64,000 nucleotides of DNA, from NCBI GenBank assembly GCA_027320085.1, contig DAHVLZ010000010.1:32001-96000 (forward strand). The letters run 5' to 3'. Positions within the stretch are counted from its first letter, which is position 1, and each line of letters starts with the position of its first letter. Origin of the DNA: Pseudomonadota bacterium (GTDB lineage Bacteria > Pseudomonadota > Gammaproteobacteria > JAKAQQ01). Both the position numbers and the translations under genes were made by a program. The notes under the pieces were generated by a model. It did no database searches, was not told where the DNA came from, and saw nothing but the letters and a program-made list of their open reading frames with translations. Shown here in pieces: positions 19,548 to 29,239 of this stretch.

Positions 19548-19583
19548 GCTTCAATGAGGCCGCAGCAAATCACTGCGGAATAT
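19548..19583 (-). CRISPR. Solitary CRISPR-type repeat (type I-G/I-U-like); no array or cas genes in the window
   Basis: Minus strand ATATTCCGCAGTGATTTGCTGCGGCCTCATTGAAGC: CCGCAG/CTGCGG hairpin and ATTGAAGC 3' handle. Confidence 0.6.
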
Positions 19584-20313
19584 TTGATGACGAAATACAA
19601 CAAATGTGCGGCCTTGGCCTCGATGCTCGGATACGCCGGCTCGCCGAACGCGCTCTGGTCAAGATTCCCCAGGATGGATTCAAGCCCTGCCTTGTGCTCC
19701 TGCCCGAACAATCCGCTGGCTTCGCGGCGCGCGATCAGGTCCCGCTTGAGCACCTCAATGCCGGCATGGGCCTCGGCAATGCCGGGCAACACACCGCCGG
19801 CGGTTCCTTTCGGCTCGGTCAGCAGCCCTTCGTCGTAGCGCTGCAAAAGCAAAAAGGTCCGGGTATAGCAGGCGATGACATCGACCAGGCCGCGGTCCTG
19901 GTCGCCGGTGAGCGCCTCGCGTCCGGCGGTCTTGCGGATGAGCACGAGCGCTGCCTCCAGTTCCCGCGCCTTCTGCTCGAAACGCCGACGATGGACAGTG
20001 TAACCCTGCGTGAGATGCTCTTTGAGGATCTGGGTGGCCCAGATGCGGAACTGGGTACCGCGTTTCGACTTGACGCGGTAGCCGACGGAGATGATCACAT
20101 CCAGGCTGTAAAAGGCGACAGGCTTGTCGGAATTTGCAATGTGCATTTTTTGCACATTGCCATTTTCCTTGAGTTCACTTTCCGCAAAGATGTTCCGAAT
20201 ATGTTTGGTGAGGACAGATCGCCCCCGGCCAGCCGCACGTCCAAGGCGGTCCGGCCGTCCTCGGTCCGGTACAGGAGCACTTCGCCATGATCTTCGGGTT
20301 TTGCCCGGGTCAT
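19584..20313 (-). pseudogene. RhuM-Fic/Doc fusion, internally deleted and 3'-truncated
   Basis: GEVLLYRTEDG, frameshift, YSLDVIISVGYRVKSKRGTQFRIWA...YPSIEAKAAHLLYFVIK; homology ends just before the expected HPFxDGNKR. Confidence 0.85.
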
Positions 20314-20329
20314 GGTTTTGCCTTCCTGA

Positions 20330-20833
20330 TCGGGCTTGGGCCCATGGTGGACATCGCTTGATCCAGCCGCTGCATGAAATTCCGCTTGGCCCTGTGTCTG
20401 GCCCGCACGACGTCGGGCCACGCTGCGAACCCCCTTTCCTGTTTTGTGCGACGCGTCAAGTTGCGGACCCTAACTATGAGGGCGACGGCTTCATCATAGG
20501 CGGGGTTATTCTTTTGCTCAACGATGCCATTGAGGCGGTTACGGTAGATTTCCGCGGCGTCGGCGGGGTGATTCCTTTCGCGCGCCCGGGCGAGAGCAAA
20601 CCACAGGTCTTGCGTGCAACCACCGGGCAGGTGCAGGAGTAGCCGAGTCGTTTGCCCTCCGCCCAGAGTTGCACGGCGTATTCGTCGCCGCCCCCGACGC
20701 GCGCGTTGATCGTCTCATCCGTCACCACAAGATCGATCACGGCGCCCGGCTCGAAATAGGCGTGACCACGCGCGTAGGCGAGGTCGCCCGCTCCGGTCCG
20801 CAGGACGTTTTCGGTGATCACACCGTTACGCAT
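20330..20833 (-). pseudogene. SWIM zinc-finger protein with large internal deletion
   Basis: N-terminal AYARGHAYF...YSCTCP joined out of frame to C-terminal LARARERNHPADAAEIY...AYDEAV...HRAKRNFM. Confidence 0.65.
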
Positions 20834-20975
20834 CCCTCAGTTTCCTGTTGTTCCAGTATCGGCTGGGGAGCCTTGTCCCATGATAACGCCGAAAGGGGAC
20901 AAGCCCCTGTCCCTGGAAATCTCAGAGCCGGATCCTCCACCCGGCGGTGCCGGCCGTGCAGAATCCGGGCCGGGC

Positions 20976-22619
20976 TCATCCGGGCCCGGCGGACATCCAC
21001 CCGGGACCGGACGGTTCCCGGTCCGGACCCCGCAGGCGATCTGCGGCCGGCAGCCGGGCGAGTTCCCGTTCGGGGAGCCTTTGCCAGCTGCGCGAGACGA
21101 GAAAGGTGTCGCGCACCTCGTCCCGGAGCCAGTGGACCTCGGTGCCGCACCGCCGGAGATGATCGAGCCCCCGCAGGCGGAGCAGTCCGTATTCGCGCCG
21201 CGGCCACTCGACGAGCACCAGGGTGAGATCCCGTTCCCGGGCCCATTCCCGGGCCGCCTCGAGTGCGGAAATCCCCATCCGGCGCGGCAGGTAGAACAAA
21301 AGACAGCGGGATTCCGGCCGGAGGGGGTTCTCCGGCCCCTCGCCAAGGAGGAGGCAGGGGAGCCGGAGCCGTCCCGGGCGCAGCGGAGCCGCCCCGGTGG
21401 GATCGCAGGATCCCAGACGGGACAGCAGGTCGCGCCCGTTTCCCCAGCACAGGTAGAACGCCGGAGCCGCCGGACCGCCCGGGGATGGCCGGTCCGGACA
21501 TTCGTGCCAGTCGCTGCCAAAACAGAGGCTCCGACCCCACCGGCCCTCGGATGGAACCGTCCTCTCCTCAAGGAGCGGTGGGAGCGCGGCCCTGAAGGTG
21601 GCCGCATCCATCCGGCCCACGGCTCTGGAAAAGAGCCGCCCGTAGACCTCGATCCGGCGGAACGACCCGTATTCGGCACCGAGTTCGCGCACAGTCTCCC
21701 CGACGAGCCCGGCCAGATCGAAGGGCTGAGACACCCCAGGTTCCCCCGGGGCCCGCCAGGGCGCCGCGGGCACCCGATCCGGCTGGATGCGACCGTACTC
21801 CTCACGCCAGCGACCGGCGATCTCGACCCACGAGGAAGCGGTCTTGGGCGGACGGGTGTGCAGGGTCAGGTACTGTTTTTCGCCCAGGGTCGCGAAATCC
21901 CGGGAGGACCCGGTGTGGGCGAGCGCCTGCTCGACCGCGTGGCTCCGTTTGGACCAGAGCGCAAGCAGGCGTCCGGGAATCTCCCCGATCTCGAAGGCGT
22001 GGGGGGTCGGCCGGATCGTATAGCCGAGCCCGGCAACGCGTGCCGCCAGATCGAGCCGGTAGTAGCCACCGAGGAGTTTCGCGGCATTGAAGAGAAAAAT
22101 GCGGTCGAGCGCGCGGAAGGGCCCCTCCGGGGTTGCCGTGAAATTGAGGATGACGCTGTGGGTATGGAGCTGCGGATCGGCCAGGCGCGACAGTCCATGC
22201 CGGAAGGTTGCGATCAGAAGTCCCGCCCCCGCCACGGCCACCGTGTTCCGGCCGATGTGCTTCTGGAAATAACAGTGTTCCGCCTCAATCCAGGACAAAG
22301 CCTCGCGGACGGACTGGTCGTGCGCATCGACCAGGCGGCGATCCCCCCAGACCAAGGCGGCAATCGAGACCGACTTCGGTGCACTGAAGGTGGCATCCAC
22401 GCCGCGCACGGTGGTCCCGGCGGGCCCCCGGGTTCCGCCGGGCAGGCGGCCTTCCAGCACCTCCCTGAAAACCGTGGGATCGACCGGCGGGACCAGTCTC
22501 CAGGCACGCGCCCATTGCCCGTCCCAGCCACTCGAGAGACGGGACTCGACCGTGAGATCGTCAATCGCAAAGTAATGCTGCACATGGGCCGCATCGCGGA
22601 TGATGCGGAAGCTCAGCAC
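20976..22619 (-). CDS. MOBF (TrwC-like) relaxase with atypical C-terminal region
   Basis: GTG start after GGAG; DATFSAPKSVS, AHDQSV, FRHGLSRLADPQLHTHSVILN (3H), WSKRS. Confidence 0.88.
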   Translation of the reverse strand: MLSFRIIRDAAHVQHYFAIDDLTVESRLSSGWDGQWARAWRLVPPVDPTVFREVLEGRLPGGTRGPAGTTVRGVDATFSAPKSVSIAALVWGDRRLVDAHDQSVREALSWIEAEHCYFQKHIGRNTVAVAGAGLLIATFRHGLSRLADPQLHTHSVILNFTATPEGPFRALDRIFLFNAAKLLGGYYRLDLAARVAGLGYTIRPTPHAFEIGEIPGRLLALWSKRSHAVEQALAHTGSSRDFATLGEKQYLTLHTRPPKTASSWVEIAGRWREEYGRIQPDRVPAAPWRAPGEPGVSQPFDLAGLVGETVRELGAEYGSFRRIEVYGRLFSRAVGRMDAATFRAALPPLLEERTVPSEGRWGRSLCFGSDWHECPDRPSPGGPAAPAFYLCWGNGRDLLSRLGSCDPTGAAPLRPGRLRLPCLLLGEGPENPLRPESRCLLFYLPRRMGISALEAAREWARERDLTLVLVEWPRREYGLLRLRGLDHLRRCGTEVHWLRDEVRDTFLVSRSWQRLPERELARLPAADRLRGPDREPSGPGWMSAGPG

Positions 22620-22638
22620 ACGAGCCTCCGTCCCGACT

Positions 22639-24087
22639 TCACCAAGGCACTCCGACGTCCACAACCGGAAACTCCACCGCTTGCAGCCGGGGTCGTGGCT
22701 GGAAGGCCTGGGTGACCTCCGGTCGCTCGCGGGGCTTGAGCCGGATGGGCCGGATGGGATGGTCCCCGGCCAGGGCCAGATATCCCCTGCAGTCGCGGAG
22801 TGCCTGGATTTCACCGGGCAGGATCAGGCGCTCGAACTGCCGCCGGTCGGTATGCGACGCGCCGCCCCGTCCGTGGGACCACTCGCGCACCACGATCTCA
22901 CGTTCGCCGAGTTCACGGCTCAGGGTCTCGGCGGTACCGGCCTCCTGCGTGCGGAGGACCAGAAGCGATCCGAAGCAGGATCGGAGAATACGCGCACCCG
23001 TGCGACCGTAAGCCTCGTCCAGCTGGCTCACCGACTGGACACCCGCAAGACAGGAAAGCCCGTATTTGCGTCCCCGGGTCAGCGCATCGGTGAGGACCGG
23101 GATCGTACCCAGGGCCCCGAGTTCGTCCAGAACGATCCAGAAGCGCCGCCCCCGCTCCGGCCGCTGGGAGAGGATCCCGCCCACGGCCAGGTCGATCCAG
23201 GCCGCAAGGAGCGGTCTCATCAGGGCCAGCTGGTCGTCCCGGTAGGGCAAAAACAGCCATCCCCCATCGGTCCCGGTTGCCCAGCGTCGCACCGAAAAAC
23301 TGCCGGCATCCGCCATGGGGTTGAGAAAACGGTAGGGCGCGAGGTAGGTCCCGACGATGGCCCGGACCGAGCCCAGCATGCGTTCGGCCCCCTCTTCGAA
23401 GAGGGCGTGGGCCGGATGGCCGGTGACCTGGGCGGCCAGATCCGCGTTGGAAGAGCGCGTGAGCGTCTCGACCAGCGTGCCGGTCGCAGTCTGGCCCGTC
23501 TCCCACAAGCGTCCCATCACGGCCGCGACGAGCGATTGCGCGTAGTGGTGCCATTCGGCCTCAGCCGCGCCGCGGGTCGGGACAAGGCTCCGGGCAAGAC
23601 GTTCGACATCCCAGGCTGCGGTCATCTCCGCAAGCGGCGCCCAATCGACCGAGCGTTCATCCACGGGATTGAGGATCCGGTCTCCCTTCCGGTGGAAGCG
23701 GGACAGGAAATCGCCTCCGCAATCGGCCACGAGGACACGGTCACCCCGCCGCCGCAGGATCTCGAGGCAATCGGCCAAGGCCACACTCTTGCCGGAGCCG
23801 GGGCTGCCTGCGCAGAGGAGGTGGTAGGGCTCGAGCCGGTGCGGGATCCGGATGCCACCCACGCGCAGCCGGCTCATCCGGGCTGTGGCTTGGGTGAGGC
23901 GGTGCCCCAAGACCCGGAGCCAGGCGACCCGGCCGCGCCCTGCGATCTGCCGGCCACGCGAATGGCGACGTCCCGGGCGTGAGCGGCCGAATGGGAAAAA
24001 ACCGCCTCCCGGCAGGCTGCGCCGGATCAGGATCAGGCCCAAGAAAAAACCGCCCAGTGCGGCTGTGCCGATTCCGATTTCCCCCAT
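22639..24087 (-). CDS. Type IV coupling protein (TrwB/TraD-like)
   Basis: N-terminal TM, GSPGSGKS Walker A, NPVDERS, IVLDELG Walker B, GRKYG, QSVSQL. Confidence 0.92.
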   Translation of the reverse strand: MGEIGIGTAALGGFFLGLILIRRSLPGGGFFPFGRSRPGRRHSRGRQIAGRGRVAWLRVLGHRLTQATARMSRLRVGGIRIPHRLEPYHLLCAGSPGSGKSVALADCLEILRRRGDRVLVADCGGDFLSRFHRKGDRILNPVDERSVDWAPLAEMTAAWDVERLARSLVPTRGAAEAEWHHYAQSLVAAVMGRLWETGQTATGTLVETLTRSSNADLAAQVTGHPAHALFEEGAERMLGSVRAIVGTYLAPYRFLNPMADAGSFSVRRWATGTDGGWLFLPYRDDQLALMRPLLAAWIDLAVGGILSQRPERGRRFWIVLDELGALGTIPVLTDALTRGRKYGLSCLAGVQSVSQLDEAYGRTGARILRSCFGSLLVLRTQEAGTAETLSRELGEREIVVREWSHGRGGASHTDRRQFERLILPGEIQALRDCRGYLALAGDHPIRPIRLKPRERPEVTQAFQPRPRLQAVEFPVVDVGVPW

Positions 24088-24183
24088 CCTTTCGCTCCCA
24101 CGGACCGCACCCTGCAGGGTAGGGCCTCAACCACAACGCCCGGGGGGACTCCCCGGGTACCGGACGCCCGGCCGACTACGGCT

Positions 24184-24564
24184 TCAAGGCGAGATGGATG
24201 CGGCCATTTCGCCCAGGATCGGACCGATGACCGCGGCAAACTCAATCTTGTTGACGAAACCATCGACCCCGATTTCCTGTGCCCGCTCGCGGTACTCGGG
24301 ATCGTCGTACAGCGTGATCAGAACCACCTTCGGGGAATCCGCCTTCTGCTTGAGTGCCTCAGCCGCACCCAGCCCGCCGATACCCGGCATGGCCACATCG
24401 AGTAGCACGACATCAGGCCGCAGGGATTCGCACAGGCTCAAGGCCTCCTCACCGGATCGGGCCAGTCCCACGACCTGGACCCCCGGCTGGGCGGCAAGAA
24501 GGCTCGCCACCGATTCGACGAAGAGCGGGTGGTCATCCGCAACCAGGACTTTAAGTCGACTCAT
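24184..24564 (-). CDS. Single-domain response regulator (NarL-like receiver without HTH)
   Basis: ADDHP, LLDVAMP, T and K conserved; 126 aa. Confidence 0.9.
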   Translation of the reverse strand: MSRLKVLVADDHPLFVESVASLLAAQPGVQVVGLARSGEEALSLCESLRPDVVLLDVAMPGIGGLGAAEALKQKADSPKVVLITLYDDPEYRERAQEIGVDGFVNKIEFAAVIGPILGEMAASISP

Positions 24565-24629
24565 CCAAGCCTGCTCCTTCTTCCAGCCTGTTGATCGTAT
24601 ACGATTTTCACGGATTAGTCAGCCTCGCG

Positions 24630-26033
24630 TCAGGCTTGAGTCTGGCCATCGGCCACGACTTGAGCGCTAACTCCAGAGATTTCCTTTGGATTTTCGATCT
24701 GGGAAGATTTTTCAGACCCCACGGGTCCTCCCGAATCCTCACCGGAGGCCTGGGTGAGCGCAAAGACCATGGCAATGGTCGTCCCCCGTCCGGGGGCACT
24801 CACCAGGTCGAAATGCCCTCCCGCGAGCTGAACCCGCTCCTCCATGCCCAAAAGCCCGAGACTCGAGCCTCCCTGGACCTTGCGGCGCATTGTCTCCACA
24901 TCAAAGCCGCGACCATCGTCCCGGATCGTGACGCGGAGTTCGTCTCCCTCGACCCGGAATGCGAGTTCGACCTTGATGGCCCCGGCATGACGGGCGATGT
25001 TGTTGAGCGCTTCCTGGACCACGCGGTAACAGGTAATTTCGACAAGCGGGGGGAAACGCGGATCGGCGGGGGGCAGATCGAGTGTCAGCTTGATGCCCGA
25101 CAACGTGGCCATCCGGCTGCCCAGACCGCGGATGGCGGCCACGAGGCCCAGATCATCGAGCAGTGAGGGATGCAGGTTGAGCGACAGGCTGCGGACCTGG
25201 GTGAGCACCCGGTCCAGATTGGCCACGAGTTCCTCGTAGAGCTTTTCACGCCGGCTCAGCTGGAACAGATCGGACATGGCATGGAGTCCGAGCTTGGTCG
25301 CCGTGAGTGTCTGGCCCACCTCGTCGTGGAGCTCGCGGGCCAGGTGACGGCGCTCGTTTTCCTGGGTCTCCAGGAGTTTGCGCGACAGAAGCCTGAGGCG
25401 TTCGGCGTATTCGATCACGGCTTTCTGCACGGTCCGGAGCGCCGTCACATCCCGGGCGATGCCCACGCTGTAATCACGTCCTTCCCATTGGATGAGGTAA
25501 CGGTAACCCTGGACCCAGCGCCACCCGCCATCGGCCATGGCCACACGAAACTCGCTCAAGGGGTAACGGTGCCAGTCCCCGATCCGCTCGAGGTCGACCG
25601 GGTGGATGAGGGATCCCGGATGGCGGTTGCGCAGGGCCTCGGGTTCGAAGCCAAGCAGCGTCTGGTGCGAAGGACTCAGGTACTCCATCTGGCCATCGAG
25701 ACTCGCCATGCTGATCAGGTCCACGGAGTTCTCGGCGATCAGCCGGAACTTGAGAGCCTGCTCCTGCTGGACGCGGCGGATCCGTTCCCGCCGCCGAAGG
25801 TCGCCCTGGAAGCGCTTTTCCTCCTGTACGACGATCAGGGTCGAGAGCAGGATGAAAAGGGCCATGAAGCCGGCCAGGGTTTCGACCGCCGGATCGTAGG
25901 CGTGGGGGCCGAACAGGGTATGGACGATGATCCCGGCCAGAACCAGCCAGACGAGCCCAAGACCCAGATAGCCCAGGGCAATCCGCCAGACCGCCTTTGA
26001 CCCGATACGGGGTTCGCGGGGATTGGTCTTCAT
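24630..26033 (-). CDS. PAS-domain sensor histidine kinase (HisKA_3)
   Basis: 2 TM, PAS, ARELHDEVGQ, QEALNN, DDGRGF, GLLGMEER; ATGA overlap with tadA. Confidence 0.92.
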   Translation of the reverse strand: MKTNPREPRIGSKAVWRIALGYLGLGLVWLVLAGIIVHTLFGPHAYDPAVETLAGFMALFILLSTLIVVQEEKRFQGDLRRRERIRRVQQEQALKFRLIAENSVDLISMASLDGQMEYLSPSHQTLLGFEPEALRNRHPGSLIHPVDLERIGDWHRYPLSEFRVAMADGGWRWVQGYRYLIQWEGRDYSVGIARDVTALRTVQKAVIEYAERLRLLSRKLLETQENERRHLARELHDEVGQTLTATKLGLHAMSDLFQLSRREKLYEELVANLDRVLTQVRSLSLNLHPSLLDDLGLVAAIRGLGSRMATLSGIKLTLDLPPADPRFPPLVEITCYRVVQEALNNIARHAGAIKVELAFRVEGDELRVTIRDDGRGFDVETMRRKVQGGSSLGLLGMEERVQLAGGHFDLVSAPGRGTTIAMVFALTQASGEDSGGPVGSEKSSQIENPKEISGVSAQVVADGQTQA

Positions 26034-26563
26034 CGACCCGTCCCTCCTTCCGTCTCCAGCATACTCCCACCGCCCCGCCGGATGGAAAAGAATTCCTGGA
26101 GAAGCCGGCGGGAGGGTTCGGCGCGGATCCCGCCCGTGACCGTGAGATGATGGTTGAAGACCCAGCCGAGCTGCCCGGAGGAAAGCCGTTCGACGGCGCC
26201 GAAGCGGGGATCGGATGCGCCGTAGACGAGACGCCCGATGCGGGCCAGCATGAGCGCACCCAGACACATGACGCAGGGCTCGAGGGTGACGTAGAGCGTG
26301 GTTCCACCAAGCCGGTAGTTGCCGATCCGGCGCGCCGCCTCCCGGAGCACGCCGATCTCGGCATGCGCGGTGGGATCCGCCTGGCTGATCGGGGCGTTGC
26401 CGGCCGCAGCAAGGCACTCCCCTTCGCGGACGAGGACGGCGCCGACCGGTACCTCGCCCGCCTGGCGCGCGCGTTCTGCCCACTCGAGGGCCCTATCCAT
26501 CCACGCCTCATCCTGGATCGGATCCACCGCCTTGACCTGTTCAATGGTCAACGCGGTCTCCAC
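26030..26563 (-). CDS. tadA: tRNA adenosine(34) deaminase
   Basis: EVPVGA, HAE, EPCVMC motifs. Confidence 0.95.
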   Translation of the reverse strand: METALTIEQVKAVDPIQDEAWMDRALEWAERARQAGEVPVGAVLVREGECLAAAGNAPISQADPTAHAEIGVLREAARRIGNYRLGGTTLYVTLEPCVMCLGALMLARIGRLVYGASDPRFGAVERLSSGQLGWVFNHHLTVTGGIRAEPSRRLLQEFFSIRRGGGSMLETEGGTGR

Positions 26564-26974
26564 GGACTGACGAGAGGACTCGTCTTGAGACTGTACCGGA
26601 AACCATCAAAGACCTCATGCCCCGTGATGCGATGCACGCGGGAAACCCCTGACCAGACCGGTCCATCCGACCAGGATCAAGACCGTAGCGAAACAGTGTT
26701 CTCACGATGCTGACCGGAATCATACGCCCAACGCTCTGGTCGAGTGAGCCCCCCCTTTGGTTGAGGACAGCCTGAGGTGCGTGGCGAGTGGGCACCGGGT
26801 GATGATCATCACAGGTTGGGCCCGGGGTGTTGGAAGCATTCGGCGGAAACCGCAGGGACAGCGACGCGCCGCTGGGCATTGGCTGTCCGAAAGCGGGCGA
26901 GCGCACCACTCGGCATCACACGCCCCGCGCAAGACTCCGGAGGCGCGCAATGACGGACCGGCTGACGGAGACAT

Positions 26975-27148
26975 GTAAGCATCCTCCCGTAGCGGCAACG
27001 AAAGGGAGACAGGGATGGCTTTTTCCCAGCCGAGCCAACTCTCGTCATATCGAAAGCGAATCGTGCCGCCCGGCTCCTTAAGCAGCTGGCCAACCAGGCG
27101 ATTGTTGAGAGAGACATGCAGGGGCACATGCTTCCGACGGCGCGGCAT
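26975..27148 (-). pseudogene. hipA: HipA N-terminal fragment
   Basis: LNNRLVGQL...FRYDESWL...PVSLSLPLREDAY; kinase domain absent. Confidence 0.8.
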
Positions 27149-27267
27149 CAGAAAAAATCCTCGAGGGTGGCCGCTTGGTCCTTGGGTCGGGGGGTCAAGC
27201 GCAGAACCCCCACCACTCAACACGACCCGCCGTGCGCTTGGTTTCGGGTGGGCAACCGTTTACCGGC

Positions 27268-27283
27268 ATTGATCAGGGCTTCC
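27268..27283. repeat. Probable IS5-family right end
   Basis: ATTGATCAGGGCTTCC, 14/16 identical to 32471-32486 downstream of the IS5 transposase fragment. Confidence 0.5.
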
Positions 27284-27452
27284 CGGATCAAGAAATCGGG
27301 GGCTGCCGCTCCCCTGACTATCGCCAGCATCTGCACGATGAGCAGCACGAAGTAAATGAAACGATCGTTCAGGATCATATGCTCGCAAGCTTGAGCAAAA
27401 CCACATCAAATGGAATAATGGGTGGCGACCCGTAAACTGGGGAATTTGATTC

Positions 27453-27830
27453 ATGGGCGAAGCACTTGTTCAGACGCTTTCCATGCTTGAGACCGAACTC
27501 CAGAAACCCCGGATCCGCAGTGAGAATGATCCTGCAGCCGCGCTTCTCCACCCTGATTTCGAAGAGGTCGGGCGATCCGGGCGACGCTACACCCGCGAGG
27601 CTGTCGTTTCCGCCCTGTCGGGCAAACGCCACTCCGATGCGGTAATCGCAGACTCGTATGCCGCAACTGAGTTAGGCCCGGGCGTTGCACTCCTGACCTA
27701 CCATTCGGCACACAAGGGGAAAAACGGGGCTCTCACGCGGCACACGCTGCGTTCCTCGATCTGGATCCTGATCGGTGACAACTGGCAACTGCGCTATCAC
27801 CAGGGGACAGCTGCTGCTGAACACGGGTAA
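27453..27830 (+). CDS. DUF4440 / NTF2-like protein
   Basis: LLHPDFEEVGRSG...RSSIW...WQLRYHQGT. Confidence 0.85.
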   Translation: MGEALVQTLSMLETELQKPRIRSENDPAAALLHPDFEEVGRSGRRYTREAVVSALSGKRHSDAVIADSYAATELGPGVALLTYHSAHKGKNGALTRHTLRSSIWILIGDNWQLRYHQGTAAAEHG

Positions 27831-27839
27831 TGGATCAGC

Positions 27840-28370
27840 GTGTGCTACGCTGGCCTCGTCTCCATGCTGCCTGCCCAGGTGACGCTTTCAATCATGAACA
27901 CAAACGCTTTCGCGCCCACCACCCGCGCACACACCTCGGAAACCTTTCAGTTCCACGTTCCCGCGCCAATGGCCGTCGCCTTTCCACTGTTCGGTGCTCA
28001 CTGCGAACGGCAGTGGGCACCGGACTGGGAACCCGAGTTCATCTGGCCGTCACAGCCAACTGACCGCAGTGGCATGGTGTTCACTGTCGCGCACGGTGCG
28101 CGACAGGCGATCTGGGTGAACACCGACTTCGATCCCGTTGCCGGCCATGTTCGGTACATCTCTGTGCTGCCAGAGGTCATGACGACAGTCATCACGCTGC
28201 AACTGCGCGAACATGAGGCGGGGACCCACGTAGAGGTACGCTATGAGCGCACGTCTTTGAACGCGGCCGCCGACGAACGAGTCCGGGAGTTGGCGCGGGA
28301 AGACGCACAGGCCGGCCCGGAATGGGCCAGCCAGATCGCAAAGCACCTGGCCGATCGACCCGTCCGCTGA
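27840..28370 (+). CDS. Hypothetical SRPBCC-like protein (start uncertain)
   Basis: FPLFG...ERQWAPDWEP...VEVRYERTSL pattern. Confidence 0.6.
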   Translation: MCYAGLVSMLPAQVTLSIMNTNAFAPTTRAHTSETFQFHVPAPMAVAFPLFGAHCERQWAPDWEPEFIWPSQPTDRSGMVFTVAHGARQAIWVNTDFDPVAGHVRYISVLPEVMTTVITLQLREHEAGTHVEVRYERTSLNAAADERVRELAREDAQAGPEWASQIAKHLADRPVR

Positions 28371-28860
28371 GCCCCACGCCTCGAGCGGGCGGCCACGGGG
28401 CCTCTGGTGTCAGCCGAACAGTTCGCTGTGCGAGCCTATCCGGGCCCGCCGCTGGGTGTTGGAATCGGATTTTCGGTAGATCACGAGCAGGCCGGTCGTT
28501 ACATGATGACTAGCCCGCCCAGTCGCCCGAAAGGTCACAATCGCGGTAGCGCGTATTGAGGCACTGATATAAAGATACGCACTCTGGGGTGGCCGGCCCA
28601 GTCCATTGCCTCAGGAAACGGCGCATAACGGGCTCATCTGTCTCCAGTGCCTGTGGGCCCCGCCATGGCCAAACGTCGGATCATCCCCGATTGTCAACGA
28701 TGAATATATCTATTTGAAATAGAGATGGTTTTTCAGATCCCGACGCAGCGATACCATGCTCAATACCATGAGCCCAGGACCACTTGGACTGCTCGTCAGA
28801 GATGGATGACTCTCGCTCGCCACGGGAGTTTGCATTCGCCCTGCAATGGAGATACACTGA

Positions 28861-28886
28861 AACTTGTACTATTAAATGTACAAGTT
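28861..28886 (+). promoter_or_regulatory. yefM-yoeB operator palindrome
   Basis: AACTTGTAC-N8-GTACAAGTT with TGTAC cores typical of YefM operators. Confidence 0.7.
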
Positions 28887-28939
28887 CAGCCGTTCACTGA
28901 CTGCTGACTACCAGGCGAATTGAATGAACGGAGTAAAAA

Positions 28940-29239
28940 ATGAGAATCGTCAACTTTTCTGAAGCTCGCAACAGCTTACGGGCTGTTATCGACCAAGTGG
29001 TTGAGGATGCTGACGTAACAGTCATCTCGCGCAGAGACGCACCTGACGCCGTGGTCATGTCCCTCAATCATTACAACAGCCTGATGGAAACCGTGCATTT
29101 GTTGAGTTCACCTGCAAATGCGGCGCATCTTGCCAAATCCATTTCGCAGGCTCGTGCAGGTCAAGCGAAGCATCGGGAATTAGTCAACATTTCCGGCGCC
29201 GAGGACCCGCAAAATGCGCAACCTGAAGTTCACGGATGA
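28940..29239 (+). CDS. yefM: Phd/YefM antitoxin
   Basis: FSEARNSL...ETVHLLSSPANA. Confidence 0.93.
   Translation: MRIVNFSEARNSLRAVIDQVVEDADVTVISRRDAPDAVVMSLNHYNSLMETVHLLSSPANAAHLAKSISQARAGQAKHRELVNISGAEDPQNAQPEVHG

Noticed and set aside
20500-20620. CATTGAGGC with GC-rich hairpins as a second CRISPR repeat
   Set aside because: Reads as the C-terminal coding part of the SWIM pseudogene and does not match the 19548 repeat.
24088-24183. oriT upstream of the coupling protein
   Set aside because: Short palindromes are present but there is no clear MOBF nic consensus.
28369-28440. attC-like site after two small cassette-sized genes
   Set aside because: No convincing RYYYAAC/GTTRRRY core pair and no integron integrase.
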